From Malacoraja senta (Eukaryota), in NCBI GenBank assembly GCA_038087875.1, contig CM075994.1, positions 8,806,001 to 8,870,000 of the forward strand: 64,000 bases of DNA. Reading direction: 5' to 3'. The translations under genes and the position numbers were made by a program. The notes below the pieces were generated by a model. It searched no databases. It was not told where the DNA came from and saw only the letters and a program-made list of their open reading frames with translations. Shown piece by piece: positions 51,834 to 64,000 of the stretch. Numbering within the stretch: the stretch's first letter is position 1; the number at the start of each line of letters is the position of its first letter.

Positions 51834-53452
51834 TCATTACTTTGGACATAATAGCGCCAAAAATGAAAGCGCCTGCATGTGTACTTTCTGCAAAGAAGAA
51901 GCAAATAAAGCACCAAAGAGAAATTATGTATTCTTACTTCATCTGAAACCAAGAACTCATGGACTCCCTTACTAACTAGATTGTTTAAGAAAGAACTGCA
52001 GATGCTGGAAAAATTGAAGATAGACAAAAATGCTGGAGAAACTCAGCGTCTAAGGAGCGAAGGAAATGAAGAACTAGATTGTTCTTCATTTTAAGTTGGG
52101 ATAAGAATGATGGAGGCATTGGCATTGCTTTCAGTGTGCCAAACGAGGAATTTGTTTTACTCAATTCAAGTCAAACTTAAAGTTTACTTAAGATAGACAC
52201 AAACTGCTGGAGTAACTCAGCGGGACAGGCAGCATCTGCAGAGAGAAGGAATGGGTGACGTTTCGGGTAGAGACCTTTCCTCAAACTTACTTATACCAGG
52301 ACAGGATCGGCCACAGTTTTGATCCTCTCCAGTTGATAAGCAACCTGCTGTGGTTCACGTGCAAAAGATCATCAGCGTGCAACATGAGCACACACCTGTG
52401 GGGCAGTTAAAATCCCCATTTTCTGCTCCACATTTCTTATTAAACTGCAAAGTAGAAGCTCCAGTGAGAGCAGGAGACTTTAACACTTCAGGTGCCAAAT
52501 AAAGCAAGTTTGTGGTTCTTGTGCTTCAAAACCAGATTTCCAACATCTTCAATCAGCAGCCTTCAAGATGAGCAACATACAAAAACTCCACTGCAGAAAA
52601 GCTGAAGAGGAAACTAAACAAATACAAACCCAAAGTGTAACCATGCTCCTGAAAGCTTGTAATTTAATCCAGCAGCAGGCTTAAAATCGACCAACCATGC
52701 AGGCCTTATTGATGGAAATTCAATCTGCCTGGTACCTCAGCATACACAATGAGGGTTTAACCAGTCATGCAGGGAGCCATACAAGTGCTGCACTAGAATT
52801 TCTGGCAAATACAATGTTTACAATAAACTGCTCAAGGCAGCATATGGTATACTTGCTTTCATAGCTCGGGGCACCGAGTACAAGAGTCAGGGAGTCATGA
52901 TGCAACATTGGTTAGGCCGCATCTGGAGTATTGAACGCAGTTCTGGTTGCCCCACTACAGAAAGGGATATGGAGGCTTTGGAATAGGTTTACCAGAATTA
53001 TGGATTACAAGGAATTACAGATGCTGGTTTAAAAAGAAAGACAAAGTGCTGGAGTAACTCAGCAGGTCTGGCAACATCTCATGTATATACAGGTGACGTT
53101 TAGGGAAGAAAGATCCCACCCATCCATTTTCTCCAGAGCTGCTGCCTGACCCCCAGAGCACTATGTGTCGTTTTTAAAAAGAACCCAGTGATGCCTGGAG
53201 TAAGGGGGGGGGGGGGGGGGGATATGCAACAAGGTTCGACAGACTTGGATTGTTCTTTGCTGGAACACCGCAAACACAAAATTATGAGGCATAGATAGTA
53301 GTTCAAATTTATTTTTCTTCGTAAATGTCGCACAAAGGCTCTTTGTTATTTAATGCGGTATTTCAAAACTACCACCAAAATCCAGCGATATTATGTCTAG
53401 TCGTGGTGTTAATCATCCACTTTCAGGATTCTGCAACCAAAAAAATAAATAA

Positions 53453-53967
53453 AGGGGCTGTCCCACTGCAGCGACCTAATTGAAGAGTTTAGGAGAGTTT
53501 GAAAAAAATGTCATGTTGAAGACCTCCTTCAACTATGCAGAAGACCTCCTTCGACTATGCCGAAGACTAGCTTTGGGAAAATTGGACACCGAATAGTGGA
53601 GAGTGAAGACGACCTCCTTCGACCTCCCTTTGACTATGATGAAGACTATCTACGACTACCTTCGATTACCTTCGACTACCCTCGATTACCTATGAATAAC
53701 ATGCCGACCTACTTTGACTAAACCTACGCGTAAAAAAAAGTATCGATACTTTGCATGGCAACCTTTTTTTTACTCGCGGGCATTTTTCAGCATGTTGAAA
53801 AATATGGCGCGACCTAGCTGAGGCCTCGAGTACGCGGGGACTACTCTCGAGCATGAAGGAGAGTTACAAAGACCTCCAAGGACCTCGTGTCGACCATGCT
53901 GTGATTATGAGTCGAGGGCAAACTCGTCTGAACTCGCGGATTAGGTCGCCACAGTGGGACAGCCACT
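53453..53967. mobile_element. PIF/Harbinger-type MITE
   Basis: TIR aggggctgtcccactg / cagtgggacagccact; TAA TSD. Confidence 0.85.
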
Positions 53968-53980
53968 TAAGCTTGCACCC

Positions 53981-54445
53981 AAGGTACACAAAAATGCAGG
54001 AGAAACTCAGCGGGTGCAGCAGCATCTATGGAGCGAAGGAAATAGGCAACGTTTCGGGCCGAAACCCTTCTTCAGACTGATAGGGGGTGGGGAGAAGAAA
54101 GGACAAAAAGGCAGAGGAGGAGCCCGAGGGCTAGGGGAGGGGACAACCAGAGGGCTGATGAAGGGGAGGGGACAGCAAGGGCTAGCAGAATTGGGAGAAT
54201 TCAATGTTCAAGCCCCCAGGATGTAGACTGCCCAAGCGGAATATGAGGTGCATTTCCTCCAATTTCCGGTGTTGCTCGCTGTGGCCATGGAGCAGACCCA
54301 GGACAGAGAGGTTAGATACGGAATGGGAGGGGGAGTTGAAGTGCTGAGCCACCGGGAGGTCAGGTTGGTTATTGCGGACCGACCGGAGGTGTTCGGCGAA
54401 ACGATCGCCAAGCCTCCGCTTGGTCTCACCGATGTAGATCAGCTG
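53981..54445 (-). mobile_element. Penelope-like element 3' fragment
   Basis: LYIGETKRRLGDRFAEHL region followed by the terminal repeat. Confidence 0.85.
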
Positions 54446-54870
54446 GCACCCAAATGGAATCCCGGGTTTCCATCGGAATAAGAAAATTATCTTCGTTCTT
54501 CTGGGAATCTACCAAGATATTAATCAAGGAGGAGGGAAGAAAGGGATTCTAACAAAAGGCAAGTTTGTAGTCATCGAGCCATGCAGCACAGAAATGGGCC
54601 CTTTGGCTCAGCTCGCTCATACCAACCAAGATGTCCCTATGTGTTAATTCCATTTGCCTACATTAGGCTCATATTGCTTTACACTCTGACTATCTCTTTT
54701 ACATGTTATATTATCTGCCACTGCCACCTCTTTTGTCAACTCATTCCATATAAGCACTACCCTCCCCATGGCTAATGTGTCCCTTAGATCTCCAAGGGTT
54801 ACATGCAAGAGTATACTAGTTAGTCAGAACAGTGACAGGCAGTATTTTGCCTGTACATCACTAACAGTTA

Positions 54871-55080
54871 AGGGCCTGTCCCACTTGGCCGTCATTTGCG
54901 CGTCACACAGACAGCGAGCAAAGATTTTGCACACCGTGCGTCACTGCCTATGTCACCACTCACCATGCGCGCTAATGCACACCATTAGCGCATCACGTGC
55001 TTGTCACGACGAGCGCGTTGTGACGAGTAAATGATGTCGCGTAAATTACACGCAAATGACAGCCAAGTGGGACAGGCCCT
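54871..55080. mobile_element. PIF/Harbinger-type MITE
   Basis: TIR agggcctgtcccacttggc.gtcatttgcg mirrored; TTA TSD. Confidence 0.88.
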
Positions 55081-55569
55081 TTAGACTCTATAGATAAATA
55101 ACACAAAGTTTGCATGTACAAGAATTTGATATTTGGATGTTGCCAATTTGAGAGTACAGAAAAGTAAATGAGCCAAGTACAGTGAATTACATGGGCGGCA
55201 TGGTGGCACAGCGGTAGAGTTGCTGCCTCACACCGCTAGAGTCCCGGGTTCGATCCTGACTATGGGTATTTCTGTACCTCTTGCCCGATAGGAGAGGGAA
55301 CTCAAGGGGTAACTATGACATTCAAACTTCATCCTGGACTTTATGCATAAATGGCATAGGTTGCAAAAGGAAATCACATTGAAGTTTTACAAACATCACT
55401 CCAGTCACAACTAGAATTTTGTGTTCAATATGTTGAACTTTATTTAGAGAAGGTCACACAGTCAGAGTTGTAAAGGATAGATGACCATTGGCCCAGTGCA
55501 TCCATGTAAGCTTTTGCCGATCTACACTGACCCAATCCCCAGCATCAGTCCCATATCCTTCTATATCTT

Positions 55570-56770
55570 AACTGACCGTCTCCGGTATGGGGTTGGTATT
55601 GATGGCACTGCCCTGAGCTGGTTCATCTCCTATCTCAAAGGTAGGAGTTTCTCGACTAACATAGGCAACTCTTTCTCCTCCCCAGCTAATCTCTGCTGTG
55701 GGGTTCCACAAGGTTCCATCCTTGGCCCCATTCTCTTCTCCCTGTATATGCTCCCCTTAGGCCAAGTCATTGAAAGGCACGGCATTTCCTTCCATTGCTA
55801 CGCAGACGATACACAACTCTATCTCCCCCTGAAGCCCAAAAACCAATCAAATCTGCTTAATCTTACCCACTGCCTCAAGGATATAAAGTGTTGGATGGCC
55901 CAGAACTTCCTCCAACTAAACGAGAGTAAGTCTGAGGTCATCCTTCTCGGCCCCTCGGACTCAATCGAAATGATAGCAGGCAGCCTTGGAAGCCTTACCC
56001 CACTACTCAAACCTCACGTCAAAAACCTTGGCGTGATATTTGACTCTGCACTGAAATTTGACAAACAAGTCAATGCCGTGGTAAAAGCTAGCTTCTTTCA
56101 GCTTCGGACGATAGCTAAAATAAAACAATTCCTCCAGTTTGATGACCTCGAAAAGATCCACACATTTATCTCCTCCCACCTAGATTACTGCAACTCCCTT
56201 TACACTGGCATCAGCCAATCTTCCCTGTCCCGCCTGCAACTGGTCCAAAACGCCGCAGCGAGACTCCTGACGGGCACCCGAAAAAGGGACCACATCACCC
56301 CGATCCTGGCCTCTCTCCACTGGCTCCCTGTGCGGTTCCGTATAAACTTCAAGATCCTCCTCCATGTCTACAAAGCCCTCAATGGGCTTGCCCCCACCTA
56401 CATAAAAAGTCTTCTCACCCACCACTCCACCTCCAGGCCCCTCAGATCGGCCGACTTGGGGTTGCTGAATATCCCACGGTCTAGGCATAAGCTCAGGGGC
56501 GACCGCGCCTTTGCGGTTGCAGCCCCATGACTGTGGAACAGCATCCCCTTTCCCATCAGAACTGCCCCCTCCATCGACTCTTTTAAGTCAAGACTAAAAA
56601 CGTATCTATACTCCCAAGCCTTTCCTGACGTCCTCTGAGTGAGGGCTACATGTATATATGTATGTAGTTTGTTTTGTTTATGCTATTCTTATAACAAATG
56701 TAAAGCACTTTGGCCAATGAGAGTTGTTTTTTAAATGTGCTATATAAATAAATGTGACTTGACTTGACCT
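55570..56770 (+). mobile_element. L2 LINE, 5'-truncated, with RT C-terminal region and (GACTT)n tail
   Basis: ORF 55481..56530: GVPQGSILGP, HCYADDTQLY, LHWLPV. Confidence 0.92.
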
Positions 56771-56777
56771 TGCCTAT

Positions 56778-57040
56778 TTAGTTTAGTGATACAGCGCAGA
56801 AACAGGCACGTTGGCCCAGTGAGCCTGCACCTACCAGCGATCCCCGCACACTAACACTATCTTACACACCAGGGACAATTTACATTTACATCAAGCCAAT
56901 TAACCTATACGTCTTTGGAGTGTGGGATGAAACCGAAGATCTTGGAGAAAACCCATGCAGGTCACGGGGATAACGTACAAACTCGATACAGACAAGCACC
57001 CGTAGTCAGGATCGAACCCGGGTCTCCGACGCTGTAACTC
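56778..57040 (-). mobile_element. V-SINE (HE1-like)
   Basis: Reverse complement of the 9971 family. Confidence 0.8.
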
Positions 57041-57164
57041 GACCTCTACGTTTAAGTGTCGGGCTAATTGTCTCAAACATAGCAATTGTACATGAATCCA
57101 TCACTTTGATGTCATCAATAAACTTATTAATCACACCTTAATCAGGAAATGCCACACTTGTTGC

Positions 57165-57722
57165 TTTACCTCCCCCCTTGACTCCATCCAAGGACCCAAG
57201 CAGTCTTTCCAGGTGCACCTCCTCCAACCTCATCTATTGCATCAGCTGCTCTAGGTGTCAGCTGCTCTACATCAGTGAGACCAAGCGTAGGTTTGGCGAT
57301 CGCTTTTCCCAACACCTCCAGCTCGGTTTGCACTAACCAACCTCATCTCCCGGTGGCTCAGCACTTCAACCCCCCATCCCATTCCGTCGTGGGCCTCCTC
57401 CATGGCCAGAGTGAGTCCCACCGCAAACTGGTGGAGCAGCACCTCATATTTCGCTTGGGGAGTTTACACCCAGCGGTATGAACATTGGCTTCTCCAATTT
57501 CAGGTAGTCCTTGCTTTCTCTCTCCTTCCCCAGCTCTCCCACAGCCCACTGTCTCCGCCTCTTCCTTTCTTCTTCCCCCCCCCTCCACATCAGTCTGAAG
57601 AAGGGTCTCGACCCGAAACTTCACCTATTCCTTCTCTCCGTAGATGCTGCCTCACCCGCTGAGTTTTTCCAGTATTTGTCTACCTTGGATTTTTCCCAGC
57701 ATCTGCAGTTCTTTCTTAAACT
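57165..57722 (+). mobile_element. Penelope-like element 3' fragment
   Basis: Degenerate GIY-YIG region (NLIYCISCSRCQLLYI) plus terminal repeat. Confidence 0.85.
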
Positions 57723-60626
57723 ATTAATCACACCCTGTACTTTCATATTCAAGTTGTTAAAAAATGTCACAAAGTTTCCAGCACCAATCACTGTGGTGTA
57801 CGACTGGTCAGACTTCCAATTACAAAATCACCCTTCCAACATTATCCTCCATCGTCAATCATTCAAGCTAATTTCTGATCCATTTAGCCTCAGATTCAAC
57901 CTTCTCGACAAGTTTACCACAGTCAAGACATTTATTTATATAGCACATTTAAAAAACAACTCTCGTTGGCCAAAGTGTTTTACATTTGTTATAAGAATAA
58001 TATAAACAAACAAACTACATACATATATACATATAGCCCTCGCTCAGAGGACGTCAAGAAAGGCTTGGGAGTATAGATACGTTTTAAGTCTTGACTTAAA
58101 GGAGTCAATGGAGGACCGTGGACACGACACAGGACCGTGTCAAATGCCCTACCGAAGTCTGTGTTGACAACATACACTGTCCTGCCTTCATCAACTTTAA
58201 TTAACACCTCAAAAAAACCCTCAATTGAGCAAGCAAGGATTCCCCTCAGCTCAAAGCCACGCAGTGTATCCCCAATCAGCTTTCAAAAGGTACAGAAATC
58301 CTATCCCTTGAAATTTCCTTCAATGATTTCCTCATCATGATACAAGCCTCAATGGCCAGTAGTTACCTGGCTTACCTTGAAGGCCATACTGAAATAAAGG
58401 AACATCTAGTGATCTAGCACCTCAATTGTGGCCACCAAAGATGCAAACAGCGACTGGGCCCAAGCTGTCTCCTCCTTTGTTTCCCATAGATTTAATCTGG
58501 CCCTAGGGTCTCATCAACCTTAATGCATCCCATTACATCTAACACCTTAATTACCTGCTCCAGATTATTCATGTTTCTCACCACAAACTCACTATCTTCC
58601 ACGTCTTCTCCTGGGGTAATACAGGCAAGTAATATTAATTTAGAATCTCACTCACATTGCCCAACTCCACAAGAGTTCAAGTTCAAGAAACATTTATTGT
58701 CACATGCACCAATTGATACGGTGAGATTTGAATTACCATGCAGCCATACGAATAAAAAGAACACAATACACGATAGAATTTAACATGAACATCCCCCCCC
58801 CCCACAGCGGAAACAACGTTTCCCACTGCGAGGGTGGCAACAAAGTGCAGTCCTTTTCCTCTTTGTTCACCCGTGGTCGGGGCCTTTGGGCCCTCCGCAG
58901 TGAGTTTTCTCAGAGATCTTTGGTTTCCTCCCACACCAAAGTCGTACAGGTTTAACATTTCCTCAGCAAGGTTCTGGAGATAGAACCATTACTGGTTTGC
59001 TCTTATGAGAACCTGCTATGATTCCACGAAGGTAGACAAAAGTTAATTAATTAGGTTATTTGGCTTGGTATAAATGTAAAATTGTCCCTAGTGCGTTTAG
59101 GGTAGTGTTAATGTGCGGGGATCGCTGGTCAGTGCGGACTCAGCGGGCAGAAGGCCTCGTTCCACGCTGTATCTCTAAACTAAACAGGAACATCTGGAAT
59201 AAGGAGGCAGTTTGGAGATAAAAGGCAATTCAATATTGAGACTGGTTGTGATTCCTTTCCCAAATATACAGACTTGTGGATACTGAGTCGCAAGGTATAT
59301 TCGAGGCAGCGAGTGTTTTGGCCTAACCGTGTCACTTACTCCAAATTACCCAACTAATGCTTCCCGTATTAGTTGATGTGGAGATTCAATCACGACACTA
59401 GAAGTTGCTGCCGCTATTTGTATTGCAGCTCAGCCTTCAGGATCATCAGGCAAGGTTTAGGATTTCAATGCAAGCAAAAGGAATAAACAGATAACTAAAT
59501 CCACAAACAAGCAAAAGTTTCACTAACTGCAAACACACCATGGCAACAGTAAATAGAAGCAAGCTTGACAACAGGAAAAAAAATGATCACCATTAAAAAG
59601 GATCCACTCAAATCTTGGTTGCCATAACATGCAACTTAAAAAAAATAATATTTTTAAACGCATGCAATTTTTGCGAGCCGCTTAAAAAAATGACGAAGCG
59701 TGGTGGCAAAATAAAAGTACCTTGCACTGTTTCGACAACTGGGAGAGCCATGTTTACGAAGAGCACAGACAAAGGCCTCTATCCGAAACAGAGGAACTGC
59801 CTCTCATTTCCAATATCAAATTTCCAAATTCCGTTTTTGTTTATGCAAATTGTACAAGAGAACTTCTATGCCAGATTACAATCCTCTGCAAAATACGATG
59901 TTTCTTTACTTAAGGCACATTTAATGAACATTTTGCAGTTTAATTCAACTGAGAGATTGATGCTGTGAAGGTCCAGATTCACCTTCAGCCTTATAGTCCA
60001 GTTCTGACTGAAGTTTGGGATTTGACCTAAAAAACCTTAGCAGTTTCCTCTCTCGTAATATACAGCCCAACTTCCTTAGTATTTCCAGCAATTTCATTGT
60101 TCCTCCACATTGGAGGAATGGTTACACTTTAAAGTCCATGAAGTTGTCTGGGGCCTTAAAAATTGCAAGGCCCAAAATAACTGGATGTGTAGAAAGGAAC
60201 TGCAGGTGCTAGTTTACACCAAAGATATACACAAAATGCTCTCAGCCGGTCAGGCAGCATCTCTGGAAAAAAGGAAGAGGTGACATTTCTTAAGAAGTGT
60301 CTCGACCCGAAATGTCACCTATTCCTTTTCTCCAGAATGGCAGCCTGAACCATTGGGTTCAGCATTTTGTGTCTATCTCCAAACTGGAAGTCTTTACGGG
60401 GAAAAGGAAATTAGCATCCTGGAATCCTTCGAGAATTCCCAGTCCATGTGTGCACAAGGAAACCAGGGCGAACTTTGCTTTGCATGCCTTGTTCCTCACG
60501 GCAAGAGAACTTGCCATTCTCTTAGTGTTCCAGTTTACCCAAGGAAGACTAGGCACACAGTCTGAAGAAGGGTCCTGACCCAACTCAATAAACAGATAAA
60601 GTGCAATAGGCAGTTATAGTTCAGAG

Positions 60627-62005
60627 TTTTGTTTAAGAATGAACTGCAGATGCTGGAAAATCGAAGGTAGACAAAAATGCTGGAGAAACTCAGCGGGTGC
60701 AGCAGCATCCATGGAGCGAAGGAAATAGGCACCGTTTTGGGTCGAAACCCTTCTTCAGACTGATGTAAGGGTGGGGGGGGAGGGGGGGGGGGGGAAGAAG
60801 AAAGGAAGAGGTGGAGCCAGTGGGCTGAAAGAGAGCTGAGAAGGGGAGGAAGTAGGGACCACCTGAAATTAGAGAAGTCAATGTTCATACCGCTGGTGTG
60901 CAAACTGCCCAAGCGAAATATGAGGTGCTGCTCCTCCAATTTACGGTGGTCCTCACTCTGGCCATGGAGGAGGCCCAGGACTGAAAGGTCGGATTCAGAA
61001 TATGAGGGGGAGTTGAAGTGCTGAGCCACCAGGAGATCAGGTTGGTTATTGCAAACCGAGCAAAGGTGTTCGGCGAAGCGATCGCCAAGCCTACACTTGG
61101 TCTCACCGATGTAGAGCAGCTGACATCTAGAGCAGCGGATGCAATAGATGAGGTTGGAGGAGGTGCAGGTGAACCTCTTCCGCACCTGGAAAGACTGCTT
61201 GAATGGAGTCAAGGGGGGGGGGGGGGGGAAGGTAAAGCGACAAGTGTGGCATTTCTTGGAGTGCCGGAGATGGGGTGATTCGGGTGGGAAGGGACAAATT
61301 GACCAGGGAGTTCTGGAGGGAGCGGTCTCTGCGGAAAGCAGACAGGGGAGGAGATGGGAAGATGTGGCAAGTGGTGGGATCACGTTGGATGTGGCGAAAA
61401 TGTCGGAGGATTATTTGTTGTATGTGACGGCTGGTAGGGTGGAAGGTGAGGACAAGGGGGTAACGGGGTATAGAAGAGACCCTGGTGAGAGCCTCGTCTA
61501 TAGTAAAAGAGGGGAACCCCCGTTCCCTGAAGAATGAGGACATCTCCGATGCCCTGGTGTGGAACACCTCATCCTGGGTGCAGATGCGGCATAGACGGAG
61601 GAATTGGGAGTAGGGGATGGAGTCCTTACATGAAGCAGGGTGGGAAGAAGTGTAGTCCAGATAGCTACGGGAGTCAGTGGGTTTATAGTGGATGTCGGTC
61701 AGTAGTCTATCACCTGCGATGGAGATAGTGAGGTCAAGAAATGGTAGGGAAATGTCGGAAATGGTCCAGGTGTATTTGAGTGCCGGAGGTAGTACTAATG
61801 CAGTCGTCGATGTAGCGGAGGTAGAGTTCGGGGATAGGGCCACGGTACGCCTCGAACAAGGATTGTTCGACGTACCCAACAAAGAGGCAGGCATAGCTAG
61901 GGCCCATGCGCGTACCCATAGCTAAGCCTTGTATTTGGAGGAAATGGGAGGAGTCAAATGAAAAGTTATTAAGGGTAAGGACCAGCTCCGCTAGGCGGAG
62001 GAGAA
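60627..62005 (-). mobile_element. Penelope-like retroelement, decayed (RT + GIY-YIG endonuclease + 3' terminal repeat)
   Basis: MGTRMGPSYA, RYIDD, FLDL, YKPTD, NLIYCIRCSRCQLLYIGETK across three frameshifted ORFs; terminal repeat at ~60627-60765. Confidence 0.92.
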
Positions 62006-62019
62006 TATCAATATACGGG

Positions 62020-63108
62020 GATAGTTCAGAGTTTGTTTGATGGCGAGTTTAATCGCCTGATGGCTGTGGGGAAGAAGCTGTTCATGAACCTGGATGTACC
62101 AGATTTCAGGCTCCTGTACCTTCTACCTGATGGCACTGGAGAGATGAGTGTGCGGCCAGGATGGTGTGGGTCCTTATTGACGCTGGCAGCCTTTTTGAGG
62201 CAGCAACTGCGATAGATCCCTTCGATGGTGGGGACGTCAGAGCCGATGATGGACTGGGCAGTGGTCACAACTTTCTGCATTCGTTTTCGCCCCTGAACGC
62301 TCGAGTTGTCGAACCAAGCCACGATGCAACCAGTCAGCATGCTCTCTACTGTGCACCTGTAGAAGTTCGAGAGTCCTCCTTGACATACCGACTCTCCGTA
62401 ATCTTCTCAGGAAGTAGAGGCGCTGATGTGCTTTCTTTATAATTGCACCAGTGTGCTGGGACCAGAAAAGATCCGCAGAAATATGCACGCCCAGGAATTT
62501 GAAGTTCTTGACCCTTCCCACCATCGTCCGTTGATATAAATGGGATTGTGGATCCCTATCCTACCCCTTCCAAAGTCCACAATCAGTTCCTTGGTTTTGC
62601 TGGTGTTGAGACCCAGGTTATTGTGCTGGCACCATTTGGTCAGTCGATCGATCTCACTTCTATACTCTGACTCATCACGATCAGTGATACGTCCCACAAC
62701 AGTGGTGTCTTCAGCGAACTTGATGATTGAGTTCGCACTATGTCCGGCTACGCAGTCATGGGTATAGACTAAAGCAGGGGGCTAAGCACGCAGCCTTGAG
62801 GTGCTCCCGTGCTGATTGTTATCGAGGATGACACATGTCCACTAATACGGACAGGCTGTGGTCTGTGAATGAGGAAGTCGAGGATCCAATTGCAGAGGGT
62901 TGCACAGAGACCCAGATCCGATAGCTTGGTAACCAGCTTGGAGGGGATGATGGTATTAAACGCCGAGCTGTAGTCAATGAATAACAGCCTGACATATGAG
63001 TTTTCGTTGTCCAAGTGGTCCAGAGCGGAGTGGAGCGCCAGCGAGATCGCATCCACCGTTGATCTGTTGTGGCGGTAAGCGAACTGCAGTGGGTCCAGGT
63101 AGGAGTTG
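62020..63108 (-). mobile_element. Rex1/Babar LINE fragment, frameshifted
   Basis: [46 protein letters not shown]. Confidence 0.9.
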
Positions 63109-63712
63109 ATATGCGCCATGTCCATGTTGGAAATGCTGCCTGACCAGCTGAGTTCCTCCAGCACTATGCGGGTTTTTTTTTTGTACACCAGCGTTATGCA
63201 GTTCATTGTTTTGAGACACTTTTTAAGGCTGGTCCAGGAATACTGCTAACAAGAGCAAGCAATAATTGATTGCCTGTTCTTTACTCCCTGGTAAATGAAC
63301 GTAATTGTGGAATTCTATCCAAAGGCACTTTCCTGTCATGCAAAATTATTTTTGCACAGATCACACACGCACGAGTCGCCACAATTTGGCTCCATTTACA
63401 AAAAGACCAATCCACCCGCTCAATGTTGGCAACAATCGATTGCGGACATCTCCTTCATCTGGAGGATCATCTGGTTCAGTTGACCCAAACTGTCAGCCTC
63501 CAACAAACAAGCATCGCCATAGATTCTTGACAACTACCCCTCAAACACGTTATTCAGCGGTTGAGGATGAGAGGTTGATCACATTGCAACTCCCGCCTAC
63601 ACCTTACATCCAAGTGTATAGAAAGAAAATGAAGAATCATTGAATACCACACCAGCCACCAGGGTTTATAGGAAGAAACTAAAGGATCATTGAAGACAAC
63701 AGGATTTCCTTT

Positions 63713-64000
63713 TGTGCAAGAAAGAACTGCAGATGCTGTTTTAATTCAAAGGCAGACACAAAATGTTGGAGTAACTCAGCGGGTGAGGCAGCATCTCCGG
63801 GAGAGAAGGAATGGCCGAGTTTCGGGTCGAGACCCTTCTTCAGACTGATGTCAGCGGAGGAGGCGGGACAGTGATAGAATGTAGTCGGAGACAGTGAAAC
63901 TAGTGGGAGAACGGGGAAGGGGGTGGAGAGAGAAAGAATGGCCATCTGAAGTTAGAAAAGTCAATGTTCATACCGTTGGGGGTGTAAACTACTCAAGCAA
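63713..64000 (-). mobile_element. Penelope-like element 3' end, running off the window
   Basis: Terminal repeat plus GMNIDFSNFR coding tail. Confidence 0.8.

Noticed and set aside
42021..64000. PRRC2A promoter / non-coding exon 1
   Set aside because: No CpG island or convincing first-exon donor outside repeats; probably beyond the window.

Overview
Eukaryotic (vertebrate) genomic DNA. The repeat content (HE1-type V-SINEs, CR1/HER1 LINE tails, Penelope-like elements) points to a cartilaginous fish, most likely a skate or ray; this is an inference. The only host gene is on the minus strand: the 5' part of PRRC2A (BAT2), with ten GT-AG coding exons from the start ATG at 41959 down to 1248. The gene continues off the left edge, and a non-coding first exon presumably lies beyond the right edge. 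Two exons each lack one base in a G/C homopolymer, giving apparent frameshifts that are probably assembly errors. Most of the remaining sequence is intronic transposon debris: CR1, L2, Rex1/Babar, RTE-X-like and Penelope-like (PLE) retroelements, tRNA-derived SINEs, hAT and PIF/Harbinger MITEs. There is also a 20-unit 66-bp tandem array, a GA-rich microsatellite and a 200-N gap. The most notable observation is a ~140-bp non-coding retroposon in two copies (1688-1828 and 35492-35629). Each copy is flanked by a target-site duplication (TSD), begins exactly at the predicted cleavage site of a compact HDV-like self-cleaving ribozyme fold and ends in a GCCAYACG-(AAG)n tail. Other notable points: many minimal hammerhead-like motifs in PLE terminal repeats (often as inverted pairs, some with copied flanking DNA), and an out-of-frame overlapping uORF just upstream of the PRRC2A start codon. 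Repeat boundaries are read by eye and approximate unless a TIR (terminal inverted repeat) or TSD is quoted.
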